A stretch of DNA of 64,000 nucleotides from Verrucomicrobiales bacterium. Lineage in GTDB: Bacteria; Verrucomicrobiota; Verrucomicrobiia; Limisphaerales; UBA1100. A program made the position numbers and the translations under genes. The notes under the pieces were generated by a model. That model was not told the DNA's origin, made no database searches, and saw nothing but the letters and a program-made list of their open reading frames with translations. How positions within the stretch are numbered: the stretch's first letter is position 1; each line of letters opens with the position of its first letter. The DNA is taken from assembly GCA_038139415.1 (NCBI GenBank), contig JAYOSV010000001.1, forward strand, positions 126,536-190,535, in the 5' to 3' direction. Positions 19,849 through 30,098 of this stretch are shown here, in pieces.

Positions 19849-21317
19849 GTGCTCCGTTCAAGCTGACGCGCATTCCGTCATTGAAGACGGTGGACGCGTT
19901 TCGCGCGCACGTTTCTTCCTTGGGAATCGAGATTCCTTGTGAGGATGAAATCGCAGGGAACGATTCCCCCATCGGCCAACCGTTGACGACGCTCACGGTG
20001 AACGGCAAAACCCTCGGCAACCGGATTGCGCTGCACCCGATGGAGGGTTGGGATGGCACGGTCGATGGCGGGGTGACGGATCCCATGCGCCGGCGTTGGC
20101 GGCGGTTTGGCGAGAGTGGCGCGAAATTGATTTGCGGCGTGGAAGCCATGGCGGTGCGGCCGGATGGACGCGCCAATCCGAATCAGCTGATCATTAACGA
20201 AGCCAATCAAGCCGGCTTGGTCGAACTGCGCGATCTGTTACTCGCAGCCCATCGCGAAAAGTACGGGACCACCGACGACTTGGCTATGGGTTTTCAGTTA
20301 ACGCATTCCGGGCGCTTTTGCCGTCCGAACGGGAAGTTTACCTACGAACCGCGCATTGCGTATCGGCATCCGATTTTGGATGATAAATTCAAGGTGCAAA
20401 GCGATGCGGCTATGTGGACGGATGCTGAGGTTGAGGAGCTGATTGCTGATTATGTGCGCGCCGCGAGGATTGCGCGTGAGGTGGGTGCGGATTTCGTGGA
20501 CCTCAAGCATTGCCACGGATATTTACTGCACGAGTTTCTGGGCGCTCACACGCGTGAAGGGAAATTTGGCGGCAGCTTTGCAAACCGCACGCGCATTCTA
20601 CGCGAGATCGTGGCGGGAATTCGGGCGGAAGGAAACCAGATCGATCTTGCCGTGCGCTTGAGCACCTTTGACATGGTGCCGCACCGGCCGGATCCCGAAC
20701 TCTCAACACCAGGCAAACTCGGCCCCGGCATTCCCGAAGAACACACCACGCCGTACCCGTATCAATTTGGCGTGAACCCGGATGATCCAACGCAAATCGA
20801 TCTAAGGGAGACGGTTGCGTTTGTGAATCTTTGTGGTGAACTGGGCATCAAGCTACTCAACACCACCGCCGGTTCGCCTTACTACACTCCGCATCTCCAA
20901 CGGCCGGCAGCGTACCCGCCGAGCGACGGCTATCAGCCGGCGTACGATCCGTTAATTGATTTGGCGCGCCAGATTGAAGTGGTGCGTCACTTGAAGGCGG
21001 GTCTACCCGAAGGTATGGCAATCATCGCGTCTGGGCTCAGTTATCTTCAGGAATACCTTCCGCACGTGTGCCAAGCTTTGCTGCGTGACAACTGGACGGA
21101 CTGTGTCGGATTGGGCCGGGTGGTCCTGAGCTATCCGGATATTCTCGCTGCCGCGATAGAGCAGGGTGGTTTGGAGAAACGGTTGATCTGCCGGACATTC
21201 AGCGATTGCACCACCGCTCCGCGGAAAGGTCTACCGAGTGGCTGTTTTCCACTGGATGATTTCTATGCACAGAGCGCAACAGCCGCGGAATTGAAGGCCA
21301 AAAAAAAGGCGGGCTAA
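19845..21317 (+). CDS. NADH:flavin oxidoreductase (old yellow enzyme family)
   Basis: [40 protein letters not shown] overlap with the upstream gene. Confidence 0.88.
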   Translation: MSAPFKLTRIPSLKTVDAFRAHVSSLGIEIPCEDEIAGNDSPIGQPLTTLTVNGKTLGNRIALHPMEGWDGTVDGGVTDPMRRRWRRFGESGAKLICGVEAMAVRPDGRANPNQLIINEANQAGLVELRDLLLAAHREKYGTTDDLAMGFQLTHSGRFCRPNGKFTYEPRIAYRHPILDDKFKVQSDAAMWTDAEVEELIADYVRAARIAREVGADFVDLKHCHGYLLHEFLGAHTREGKFGGSFANRTRILREIVAGIRAEGNQIDLAVRLSTFDMVPHRPDPELSTPGKLGPGIPEEHTTPYPYQFGVNPDDPTQIDLRETVAFVNLCGELGIKLLNTTAGSPYYTPHLQRPAAYPPSDGYQPAYDPLIDLARQIEVVRHLKAGLPEGMAIIASGLSYLQEYLPHVCQALLRDNWTDCVGLGRVVLSYPDILAAAIEQGGLEKRLICRTFSDCTTAPRKGLPSGCFPLDDFYAQSATAAELKAKKKAG

Positions 21318-21326
21318 ACCCGCCTT
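21300..21326 (-). terminator. Intrinsic terminator for the convergent prepilin-like gene
   Basis: Minus strand AAGGCGGG-N5-CCCGCCTT followed by a T-run. Confidence 0.65.
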
Positions 21327-21338
21327 AAATCGCTCGGC

Positions 21339-22103
21339 TTACCACCAAGTAAAATTAGGGTCGGGCGCCGCCATGTTTCCGTGAGGCGGAGGCGCGATCC
21401 AATCAAGCATTTGTTTAGTGGGCGGAAAGACAAATTCTTCCACGTGCATGTCACCATACAACATAATGTGCCGACCTTCACCTTCCTGACCATGCCAAGT
21501 GTCCTCGCGGTCATACGGCCAATTCCAGTCCCCTTGAATTATTTTATTAGAGGTGCTTTGGACCATTTCGGATTCGTGCATGGATGTGGCTTCATAGCTA
21601 CCTTCTTTTTCGCTCTTTTCTCCTAATACACGTTGGACGCGAAACATATCGTCGGCAACTTGTACCTGATAGCTATTTCCGAATTGTTCCCAGCAGCTGC
21701 CAACATTATATGCTCCACCGCCGATATCCGCAGGATCATGAAATATTTCCAAATTTCCAGAGACATACTTATTCAACGGGCGCTCCTCTTCGGGAACTTT
21801 GGCTCCGTATAGTTGGGCCACTACAGGCGGGAGTGGGCCTTTGGCGCCTGTAGCTCCACCAACTTGTCCGCCAACTCCAGCCGGACCGTTTACCTCCGGG
21901 AACCAGCCATCATAATCGCCCAAGTATTCGGTGTAGGCGTTGCCGATTTGACGTTGATTATTGATGCTCTGGGTTTTTCGGACTTTGATTTTTGCTTTAG
22001 CTAAAACGGGCAAGAGTAACGCAGCCAGAATCCCAATGATGGCGATGACGACGAGTAGTTCGATTAGGGTGAAACCAGTTTTGCGTTTGTTTTGGTGAAT
22101 CAT
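21339..22103 (-). CDS. Prepilin-type N-terminal cleavage/methylation protein (DUF1559/H-X9-DG-like)
   Basis: [39 protein letters not shown]-terminal H...IMLYGDMHV. Confidence 0.9.
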   Translation of the reverse strand: MIHQNKRKTGFTLIELLVVIAIIGILAALLLPVLAKAKIKVRKTQSINNQRQIGNAYTEYLGDYDGWFPEVNGPAGVGGQVGGATGAKGPLPPVVAQLYGAKVPEEERPLNKYVSGNLEIFHDPADIGGGAYNVGSCWEQFGNSYQVQVADDMFRVQRVLGEKSEKEGSYEATSMHESEMVQSTSNKIIQGDWNWPYDREDTWHGQEGEGRHIMLYGDMHVEEFVFPPTKQMLDWIAPPPHGNMAAPDPNFTWW

Positions 22104-22253
22104 GGATTCAATACTCCTTCCCTTCACACTAGTCCAAAATGACCCCATGGTAAAGCATACGATGTGTTTGAGCCGGTCGTTACGGTTTTTTGCGGTTTGA
22201 CACCCCCGAAGTGCGCGCCTATAAGTCGGCTTTCAACCCAACAAAATAATATT

Positions 22254-22751
22254 ATGGCTATCGAAGTTGGCTCTAAAGCCCCAAATTTTACACTCAAAAC
22301 TAGCAACGGCCCTGGCGAGAAAGATGATTTTGGTCTCTCGGATGTGACGTTGAGTTCCAATTACGGTGAGAAAAACACGGTAGTGCTTTTCGTGCCGTTG
22401 GCCTTCACCGGTGTTTGCACCGGTGAGTTGTGCGACATCACTGCCGGACTGGGCAGCTACACCGATCTGAATGCGGACGTGATTGCGATTAGCGTGGATA
22501 GTCCATTTGCTCAGGGTCAGTGGGCGGAAAAGGAAAACATCGGCATCACTTTGGCCAGCGATTTGAACAAGCAAACGGCCAAGGATTACGGTGTGTTGCT
22601 TGACGATCTCATCGGCTTGGGCAGTGTGAGTGCGCGTGCAGCCTTCGTTATCGACAAGGAAGGCACTGTGCAATACGCCGAGCAAACGGCCACACCACTG
22701 GAGCTACCCAACTTCGAGGCAGTGAAGGAAACACTCGCTAAGCTGAACTAG
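22254..22751 (+). CDS. Peroxiredoxin (AhpC/TSA, AhpE-like)
   Basis: PLAFTGVCTGELC, ISVDSPF, RAAFVID; promoter TTGACA-N17-TATAAG upstream. Confidence 0.92.
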   Translation: MAIEVGSKAPNFTLKTSNGPGEKDDFGLSDVTLSSNYGEKNTVVLFVPLAFTGVCTGELCDITAGLGSYTDLNADVIAISVDSPFAQGQWAEKENIGITLASDLNKQTAKDYGVLLDDLIGLGSVSARAAFVIDKEGTVQYAEQTATPLELPNFEAVKETLAKLN

Positions 22752-22783
22752 ACTGGCACGCCAGATTTTGGCAAAAACTTTAC

Positions 22784-22808
22784 AGAGGCCTTCGGGCCTC
22801 TTTTTTTT
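22784..22808 (+). terminator. Intrinsic terminator
   Basis: AGAGGCC-TTCG-GGCCTCT followed by a T-run. Confidence 0.9.
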
Positions 22809-22854
22809 GTCATCTTGAAAAAAGGCCTTCATTGCGGTAACTTTAAAGGGGTAT

Positions 22855-23679
22855 ATGGTGATGCGTGGTGGGTTCATATTGCTGTGGTTAGCGGGATTGG
22901 CGTGGGGCGCAGAGAATGGCGCCGTGGAGCGGCGGCCCGATGGGCTATGGTATCTCCCCAACCAAAGTGTGCCTTACACCGGCAAGGCTGAGCGTATGCA
23001 TTTTGATGGCACCCGCATTTCGCTGATTCATTATTATGAAGGCAAACAGCATGGCCTAACACAATTTTGGTATCCCAACGGCAAACCCCGCTCGGCGTTT
23101 CAGTACATTGAAGGTCAGCTTGATGGGAACGCCACCTACTTTTACCGCAATGGCAATCGCCAGAACCTCACCACTTACCGGATGGGAGCAAAGCACGGGC
23201 CGGTGATTGACTGGTGGCCGGAAGGGGAGAAGAGTTTTGAGGAGCATTATAACAATGGCGTGCCCGAAGGCCTGTGGAAGAGTTGGTGGCCTGATGGCAA
23301 AATTGCCAGCGAGAAAATTTACAAGAATCGCCGGCTGGTATCCCATCGCGAATGGAATCGAGATGGGATGCCCAAAGTGGTGGCGGGTTGGAATTTGGAT
23401 GGCACCTTCAAGTCCGCTGCTTCGGTGGCCCAACGCCAACAAATCCTAGGGCGCCGAATTCTCTGGAATCGAGTCAGCGGCCCCAATCGTATTGATCTCA
23501 TTTATCGGGATAAACCGCTGAAGACCATCCGTACGGTGTTTGGGGATCCGGATGTGACCGATGACGGGCTTTGGACTTACAAAGGGCTGCGCATTCAGGA
23601 TCCCTCCGATGGGCGGATCTTCGACACCGCCTCATTTCGATTCAAGAAAGGGATGGTCACGGAAATCTGGATCGAGTAG
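22855..23679 (+). CDS. Secreted MORN-variant repeat (YwqK-like) protein
   Basis: Signal peptide; repeats of YxxGxxHG....W[YW]PNG. Confidence 0.85.
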   Translation: MVMRGGFILLWLAGLAWGAENGAVERRPDGLWYLPNQSVPYTGKAERMHFDGTRISLIHYYEGKQHGLTQFWYPNGKPRSAFQYIEGQLDGNATYFYRNGNRQNLTTYRMGAKHGPVIDWWPEGEKSFEEHYNNGVPEGLWKSWWPDGKIASEKIYKNRRLVSHREWNRDGMPKVVAGWNLDGTFKSAASVAQRQQILGRRILWNRVSGPNRIDLIYRDKPLKTIRTVFGDPDVTDDGLWTYKGLRIQDPSDGRIFDTASFRFKKGMVTEIWIE

Positions 23680-23802
23680 CTCCCTTGACAGGTGCGGCCT
23701 TTCTCCCGCATTTTAAGTGAATCGAATGAGTGCACACGATTCGTTTGAGCCCGGCATTGGTGCCAGGGAAATCCCTTATTGGTTAATTTTTTCGGATTTA
23801 GC

Positions 23803-26574
23803 ATGAGCATATATCAGGAATACGTCGCAGAGGTTGAGGATCGCAAGACGCAGGGGTTGCACCCAAAACCGATCGATAGCGATACGTTGGTGGCCGAAAT
23901 CGTCACGCAAATCAAAGATGCGGGTCACAAGCATCGTGCCGATTCGTTGCATTACTTGATTTATAATACATTGCCGGGCACGACCAGTGCTGCGGGTGAG
24001 AAGGCGCGTTTTTTGGAGGAGATCATTCTCGGTAAAACCGAGGTGGAGGAAATATCACCGACGTTTGCCTTTGAGTTGTTATCCCATATGAAAGGTGGGC
24101 CTTCTATCGAGGTGCTTTTAAATCTCGCCTTGGGGAAGGATGCGGCGATTGCCGAACAGGCGGCTGCCGTGCTGAAGACACAGGTATTTCTCTACGATGC
24201 GGATACCGAGCGCTTGGAGACGGCTTATGGTGAAGGGAGCAAAATCGCCAAAAACATTTTGGAAAGCTACGCGGAGGCAGAGTTCTTTACGAAACTGCCG
24301 GATGTGCCGGAGACGATTGAGGTGGTGACGTATGTGGCGGGGGTAGGGGATATTTCTACTGACTTACTTTCACCTGGCAACCAGGCGCATTCGCGGTCGG
24401 ACCGTGAGCTGCACGGCAAATCCATGATCTCCGAGGTGGCACAAAACGAAATCAAGGCGCTGCAGGAAGAGCATCCAGGCAAGAGCGTCATGTTAGTGGC
24501 CGAGAAGGGGACGATGGGTGTGGGGTCTTCTCGCATGTCTGGCGTGAACAATGTCGCCCTCTGGACCGGCAGACAGGCGAGCCCGTATGTGCCGTTCGTG
24601 AATATTTTCCCGGTCGTGGCCGGAACTAACGGCATTTCCCCGATCTTCCTGACGACGGTTAGTGTGACGGGTGGTATCGGTATTGATCTTAAGAATTGGG
24701 AAAAGAAAAAGGATGCCGAGGGTAACCCCGTGCTCGATGAAAACGGTGACCCAAAACTGAAGCAGATCTACACCGTGGACACCGGAACGGTCCTGACCAT
24801 CAACACTGCGGACAAAAAATTATATGGAGGCGATCAAGAGCTGATCGATATTTCGCGCGCCCTGACACCGCAGAAAGTGGAGTTCATTAAAGCCGGTGGA
24901 TCGTATGCTGTGGTCTTTGGCAAGAAGCTCCAAAGTTTTGCTGCCAAGACACTCGGGGTGGAATTAACGCCGGTTTTTGCCCCGTCCAAAGAGATATCCC
25001 ACGAAGGTCAGGGGCTGACAGCCGCGGAGAAAATTTTCAATCGAAACGCCGTCGGCGTGGCTGATGATGTGGTGTTGCATGCCGGATCCGATATCCGTGT
25101 GGAAGTGAATATCGTCGGTTCGCAGGATACCACCGGCCTGATGACCTCTCAGGAATTGGAGGCCATGGCGGCAACCGTGATTTCGCCGACTGTTGATGCC
25201 GCCTATCAATCGGGGTGTCATACCGCTTCAGTATGGGACAAGAAAGCGCAGGCTAATATCCCACGCCTCATGAGTTTCATGAACGATTTCGGGCTGATCA
25301 CCGGCCGTGATCCCGATGGCGAATATCATGCCATGACCGATGTCATCCACAAGGTCCTCAACGACCTCACAGTGGATGAATGGGCGATCATTATCGGTGG
25401 CGATTCCCATACGCGTATGTCCAAGGGCGTCGCGTTTGGGGCAGACTCCGGGACGGTCGCGCTGGCACTCGCCACCGGCGAGGCTTCGATGCCGATTCCT
25501 GAATCGGTAAAAGTCACCTTCAAGGGCGAATTGAAACCTTTTGTGGATTTCCGTGACGTCGTGCATGCTACTCAGGATCAGATGCTGGATCAATTCGCCG
25601 GCGAGAACGTATTCCAAGGGCGGGTGATTGAAGTTCACATTGGCACGTTGCCTTCAGACAAGGCCTTTACCTTTACTGACTGGACTGCGGAAATGAAGGC
25701 TAAGGCCTCCATTTGTATTTCGCAGGATGATACGTTGATCGAGTCCCTAGAAATCGCCAAGCACCGGATCGAGATTATGATCAAGAAGGGGATGGATAAC
25801 GAGAAACAGGTACTTCAAGGGCTGGTGGACAGCGCTGAAAAACGCATCGCAGAAATCCGTTCCGGCGAAAAACCGGCCCTCACTCCTGATGCCGATGCCA
25901 ATTATTACGCGGAATTTACCGTGGACCTTGATCAGGTGGTTGAGCCGATGATTGCGGATCCGGATGTTCATAATGATGACGTTTCCAAGCGCTACACCCA
26001 CGACACGATTCGTCCGCTCTCCTTTTACAAAGGGGAGAAGGCCGTCGACCTTGGTTTTTTGGGTTCCTGCATGGTTCACAAGGGGGATTTAAAGATCCTT
26101 TCACAGATGTTGGTGAATTTGGAAAAACAAAAGGGCAGCATTGAGTTCAATGCACCCCTGATCGTGGCCGCGCCGACCTATAACATCATCGATGAACTCA
26201 AGGAGGAAGGCGACTGGGATACGCTGCAAAAGTACTCTGGGTTCGAATTCAATGATGACGCCCCCAAGGGGGATGCGCGTTTGGAGTACGAAAATATGAT
26301 GTACCTCGAGCGGCCAGGATGCAATCTATGCATGGGCAATCAGGAGAAGGCTGCCAAAGGGGATACCGTCATGGCCACTTCCACGCGCTTGTTCCAAGGC
26401 CGCGTGGTGGAGGATTCCGAACAGAAAAAAGGCGAATCCTTGCTCTCCTCAACACCGGTCGTCGTGCTTTCGGCAATTTTGGGGAGAACCCCCAGCTTCG
26501 AGGAATATAAGGCTGCTGTGGAAGGAATCGATCTGACGACCTTTGCGCCGCCTGAGGAAGAAATGGTGGCTTAA
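23803..26574 (+). CDS. acnB: Aconitate hydratase B / 2-methylisocitrate dehydratase
   Basis: N-terminal HEAT-like domain, GVGSSRMS, GSQDTTG, GDSHTR, Fe-S Cys in GSCMV and PGCNLCMGNQ. Confidence 0.93.
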   Translation: MSIYQEYVAEVEDRKTQGLHPKPIDSDTLVAEIVTQIKDAGHKHRADSLHYLIYNTLPGTTSAAGEKARFLEEIILGKTEVEEISPTFAFELLSHMKGGPSIEVLLNLALGKDAAIAEQAAAVLKTQVFLYDADTERLETAYGEGSKIAKNILESYAEAEFFTKLPDVPETIEVVTYVAGVGDISTDLLSPGNQAHSRSDRELHGKSMISEVAQNEIKALQEEHPGKSVMLVAEKGTMGVGSSRMSGVNNVALWTGRQASPYVPFVNIFPVVAGTNGISPIFLTTVSVTGGIGIDLKNWEKKKDAEGNPVLDENGDPKLKQIYTVDTGTVLTINTADKKLYGGDQELIDISRALTPQKVEFIKAGGSYAVVFGKKLQSFAAKTLGVELTPVFAPSKEISHEGQGLTAAEKIFNRNAVGVADDVVLHAGSDIRVEVNIVGSQDTTGLMTSQELEAMAATVISPTVDAAYQSGCHTASVWDKKAQANIPRLMSFMNDFGLITGRDPDGEYHAMTDVIHKVLNDLTVDEWAIIIGGDSHTRMSKGVAFGADSGTVALALATGEASMPIPESVKVTFKGELKPFVDFRDVVHATQDQMLDQFAGENVFQGRVIEVHIGTLPSDKAFTFTDWTAEMKAKASICISQDDTLIESLEIAKHRIEIMIKKGMDNEKQVLQGLVDSAEKRIAEIRSGEKPALTPDADANYYAEFTVDLDQVVEPMIADPDVHNDDVSKRYTHDTIRPLSFYKGEKAVDLGFLGSCMVHKGDLKILSQMLVNLEKQKGSIEFNAPLIVAAPTYNIIDELKEEGDWDTLQKYSGFEFNDDAPKGDARLEYENMMYLERPGCNLCMGNQEKAAKGDTVMATSTRLFQGRVVEDSEQKKGESLLSSTPVVVLSAILGRTPSFEEYKAAVEGIDLTTFAPPEEEMVA

Positions 26575-26578
26575 CCTC

Positions 26579-28321
26579 CTAACTACTCCTTCGACCCGGC
26601 AGAGAAAAGAGCGCGCGCAAGGCTTCTACCAGTACATAGCTGAATAGAAAGTAAGCAAACAGGTACACCGGAATCTTGATCGCCATCTTCAGCACGGAAC
26701 CTTTATCAAGGTACTTTTTGGCCACGGGCAACGGGGATTCCTTAAAGTAGGAAATAGCATCGGTCAGCGTTTCCTTGGTGAGATTGCTCATCGATTTGAA
26801 CAAGCCCACTTCGGTTGGTGCGACTTCCGTTGCAACTGCTTCAGCCGGGGAAGCGACTGACTCGATATCGTCTTTCGCTACCAGATTCATTAGCGCAAAC
26901 AAGAGACAAAAGATGAGCGCCATGCCGTAAAGGATCGGCGCGATCTTGAGCATGGTTTTGGAGAACATGGCCATGATGCCCAAGGCTTCATCCCCGGCGG
27001 TGTTACCGGCGCCAATCTTGATGTTGAGTTGCGCTGGCTTAAGCCATAGGCGAGCCAAGGAAGCGCAAAAGAGGTAAAGCAACACGCCGCCACCGATTTT
27101 CGCTAGGACACTCAGCCAGTTTTCGCTGAATCCATCCATAATCCCAAGGACGCCATACACAATCCCGGCTGCGGCTGCGGCAATACCGGAAAGCAGCACG
27201 ACCAAGGCCATCGCCTTCATCAGTCCACTGGCCGAAAGTCGGCTGGGGGTGGACTTGATCAGGGAATCGCCGGCGTTAAAGAGTACGCCGGTGAGGTAGT
27301 GCAAAATCAAAATGAAGGCGATGGGAAGGATGCCCTTAAAGAGCATCGTGACGATCGAAACAATTTTGTCCGAGTCAAAGGAAGGTTCGGGTACCGGCGC
27401 ACCGGCATCGATCCATTTGGCCAACTCATCAGCTTGCTCGGCAGTAAACATTTCGCCTTTACCCTCCGGCGGCATAGGGTCATTGGTATCCTTGATGCGC
27501 TGAAGCAAGGTACTCTGTCCAGAGTTCCCTTTATTGATCGCGCTGAAAATTCCATCGAGCCCAGCTGCATCATCGTCTTCGAATAGGCTCAGATCGAGTT
27601 TGGCCTTGGCACCTTCACCTTTATGGCATTCGTAGCAACGTTCCTGGAAGAGTGGCTTGATGGTTTTGGCAAAGATAGCGGCGTTGGCGGCGTCCTCCTC
27701 CTTTTTCTTGGAGTCTTCCTCGGCCTTTTCTGCCATCTCGACGGCATCACCATCTCCACCGCTCTCGGCTTCATCACCCTTGAATTCATCCCAAGCACTC
27801 GAGCCTAGCCATAACACCGCTACCACCAGTAGGCAAATATCGCCAACGAACTTATAGTTCTGCGAACTGATCCCCAGAAAGAAACTGTTCGTCGTGCCGC
27901 GCAGTTGAGCCATTTTGTTATCGATGGTCTGCGCAAGAAACCCTGCCGAATAACTGCCGTGCTCTGGTTCATCCATCACCGCATCTTCCGGTGCCAGCGC
28001 CTCGCCTTCGGCTGAAGGCGGAGGGAGCGTACTGCCACTGAGTGGGGGAGGCGCACTTCCACCGCTGCCGCTTGGTGGCGGTGGTGCTGCTGGTTTTCCG
28101 CTGGAGGAAGGCGGTGGCGGAGCAGCAGAGGATCGGCCAGCAGCAGAGGGCGGCGGTGGGGCGGCCGAAGATGATGGTGGCGGGCCACTGGTGCGGGTGG
28201 GTTGGCTGGCCGGTACCACCACACTTCCTTGGCAGGCCGGGCAGGCAAAGGACTGGCCGGCTGCGGTTTCATCCACAGTCAACTCAGTGCCGCACGTTGG
28301 GCATGGAAACTTTAAATCCAT
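26579..28321 (-). CDS. Multi-TM protein with N-terminal zinc ribbon, Pro/Ser-rich linker and a planctomycete-type cytochrome c domain
   Basis: CPTC..CPAC; IKPLFQERCYECH (CxxCH), MPP, WIDAGA; about six TM helices. Confidence 0.8.
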   Translation of the reverse strand: MDLKFPCPTCGTELTVDETAAGQSFACPACQGSVVVPASQPTRTSGPPPSSSAAPPPPSAAGRSSAAPPPPSSSGKPAAPPPPSGSGGSAPPPLSGSTLPPPSAEGEALAPEDAVMDEPEHGSYSAGFLAQTIDNKMAQLRGTTNSFFLGISSQNYKFVGDICLLVVAVLWLGSSAWDEFKGDEAESGGDGDAVEMAEKAEEDSKKKEEDAANAAIFAKTIKPLFQERCYECHKGEGAKAKLDLSLFEDDDAAGLDGIFSAINKGNSGQSTLLQRIKDTNDPMPPEGKGEMFTAEQADELAKWIDAGAPVPEPSFDSDKIVSIVTMLFKGILPIAFILILHYLTGVLFNAGDSLIKSTPSRLSASGLMKAMALVVLLSGIAAAAAGIVYGVLGIMDGFSENWLSVLAKIGGGVLLYLFCASLARLWLKPAQLNIKIGAGNTAGDEALGIMAMFSKTMLKIAPILYGMALIFCLLFALMNLVAKDDIESVASPAEAVATEVAPTEVGLFKSMSNLTKETLTDAISYFKESPLPVAKKYLDKGSVLKMAIKIPVYLFAYFLFSYVLVEALRALFSLPGRRSS

Positions 28322-28357
28322 CCGGCCAGAGGGTCAGGACTGAGAAACCTACTGCAT

Positions 28358-28376
28358 TATTGAGTGTAACTCAATA
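28358..28376. promoter_or_regulatory. Palindromic operator-like site overlapping a sigma70 promoter
   Basis: TATTGAGT-GTA-ACTCAATA perfect 8-bp arms; overlaps minus strand TTGAGT-N17-TAGGTT. Confidence 0.5.
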
Positions 28377-28396
28377 CCGCAGTGCGGAATGGGCCG

Positions 28397-29062
28397 CTAA
28401 TAGCTGCCGTTGGCCGATTCGCCGGAGACGATGGCGACGCCGTTGCTGGTGCCGATGCGGGTGGCGCCGGCTTCAATCATAGCCCGCGCATCGTCTGCGT
28501 TGCGCACACCGCCGGCGGCTTTGACGCCGGCAAATTGGCCGACCGTTTCACGCATCAGCCTTACATGCTCCAGCGTGGCGCCTGCGTTGCCGAAGCCTGT
28601 GGAGGTTTTCACAAAGTGCGCCTGCGCCTGCGTCACAAGTTTGCAGGCCTGGGTGATTTCGTCATTGGTGAGCAGGCAGGTTTCGAGGATGACTTTGACC
28701 ACGCGATCATCGGCCGCTTCCACCACGTCGCGGATTTCGCGGACTATGTAATCGTGTTCGCCATCCTTAAAGCGTCCGACATTCATTACCATGTCAATCT
28801 CACTGGCGCCGAGATCAACCGCGACTTCGGTTTCGTAACGCTTGGCATCGGCGTCCATTGCGCCGAGTGGGAAACCGACCACGGTGCACACCTGCACGTC
28901 GCTGTCTTCCAGAAGCGAATAGGCGAGCTCCACGCGGCTGCCATTGACGCAGACTGTGGAGAATTGATGCTCGGCGGCCTCTGCGCACAATTGCTCTAGC
29001 TGCGCCCGTGTGGCGTCGGGCTTGAGCAAGGTGTGATCAATGTAGCTTGCCAGTTCGGACAT
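28397..29062 (-). CDS. deoC: Deoxyribose-phosphate aldolase
   Basis: IDHTLLKP, VGFPLG, KVILET, FVKTSTGF, VKAAGGVR, RIGTS. Confidence 0.97.
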   Translation of the reverse strand: MSELASYIDHTLLKPDATRAQLEQLCAEAAEHQFSTVCVNGSRVELAYSLLEDSDVQVCTVVGFPLGAMDADAKRYETEVAVDLGASEIDMVMNVGRFKDGEHDYIVREIRDVVEAADDRVVKVILETCLLTNDEITQACKLVTQAQAHFVKTSTGFGNAGATLEHVRLMRETVGQFAGVKAAGGVRNADDARAMIEAGATRIGTSNGVAIVSGESANGSY

Positions 29063-29066
29063 GACG

Positions 29067-30056
29067 TTAGCTCGGCAATAAATCGGCCACCAAGGTTTTC
29101 TCTTCCTTCAGCTCATTGACCGTTGCGTCAATTCTAGCCCGGCTGAAATCATCAATCGGCACGTCCTGTACAATGGTCAGTTCGCCGCCGGTATTGCGCA
29201 TGGGAAAGGAGGAAATGAGGCCTTCCTCCACGCCGTAGCTGCCGTCGGAGCAAATACACAGGCTGTGCCAATCTCCCTCGGCGGTGGGCTCAGTGACCGA
29301 ACGCACGCTGTCGATAATGGCATTGGCGGCGCTGGCGGCACTCGAGAGTCCGCGCGCCTTGATGATCGCCGCGCCCCGCTTCTGCACGGTGCTGATAAAT
29401 TCGCCTTCGAGCCATTCCCGATCGCTGATGGCGTCGGTGGCCGGGGCGTCATTGATCTTTGCATTGGTAAAATCCGGGTATTGCGTGGCGGAGTGATTTC
29501 CCCAGATGCAGAGGTTGGAAACGCTACTCACCGGCACGCCGGCCTTCTGGGCGAGTTGAGTCTTGGCGCGGTTTTCATCAAGACGCGTCATCGCAAAGAA
29601 CCGGTCGTTAGGCACGTCCGGCGCGTTGTTCATGGCGATCAGGCAGTTAGTGTTGCAGGGGTTGCCGACCACCAGCACGCGCGCATCGCTGGCGGCGTGG
29701 TTGTTGATGGCTTGGCCTTGGCCGGTAAAAATCTTGCCGTTGATGCCCAGCAGATCGCCGCGCTCCATGCCGTCCTTACGCGGTACACTGCCGACGAGCA
29801 GAGACCAGTTGGCGCCATTGAAGCCGGTATTCAGATCGGAGGTGGCGACCACATCGGTGAGCAGCGGGAACGCGCAGTCATCGAGTTCCATGCACACGCC
29901 TTCCAGCGCGGCCATGCCGGGTTCGATCTCAATCAGGTTTAGCGCCACCGGTTGATCCGGGCCGAACATTTGGCCGGATGCAATCCGGAAGAGGAGGGCA
30001 TAACCGATCTGACCGGCCGCACCGGTCACCGCAACACGAATGGGTTCCTTACTCAT
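29067..30056 (-). CDS. mdh: Malate dehydrogenase (type 2)
   Basis: [41 protein letters not shown]; promoter TTGCAC-N17-CATACT supports ATG 30056. Confidence 0.97.
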   Translation of the reverse strand: MSKEPIRVAVTGAAGQIGYALLFRIASGQMFGPDQPVALNLIEIEPGMAALEGVCMELDDCAFPLLTDVVATSDLNTGFNGANWSLLVGSVPRKDGMERGDLLGINGKIFTGQGQAINNHAASDARVLVVGNPCNTNCLIAMNNAPDVPNDRFFAMTRLDENRAKTQLAQKAGVPVSSVSNLCIWGNHSATQYPDFTNAKINDAPATDAISDREWLEGEFISTVQKRGAAIIKARGLSSAASAANAIIDSVRSVTEPTAEGDWHSLCICSDGSYGVEEGLISSFPMRNTGGELTIVQDVPIDDFSRARIDATVNELKEEKTLVADLLPS

Positions 30057-30098
30057 GGAGGCGCGCAGTATGCCCGTGGGTTGCGCGGCGTGCAAGCG

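Noticed and set aside
22754..22770. sigma54 promoter at CTGGCACG
   Set aside because: No -12 GC at the required spacing, and it lies just upstream of a terminator
22855..23679. Toxin-antitoxin system from the YwqK-like annotation
   Set aside because: No adjacent toxin; it is a secreted MORN-repeat protein with its own promoter
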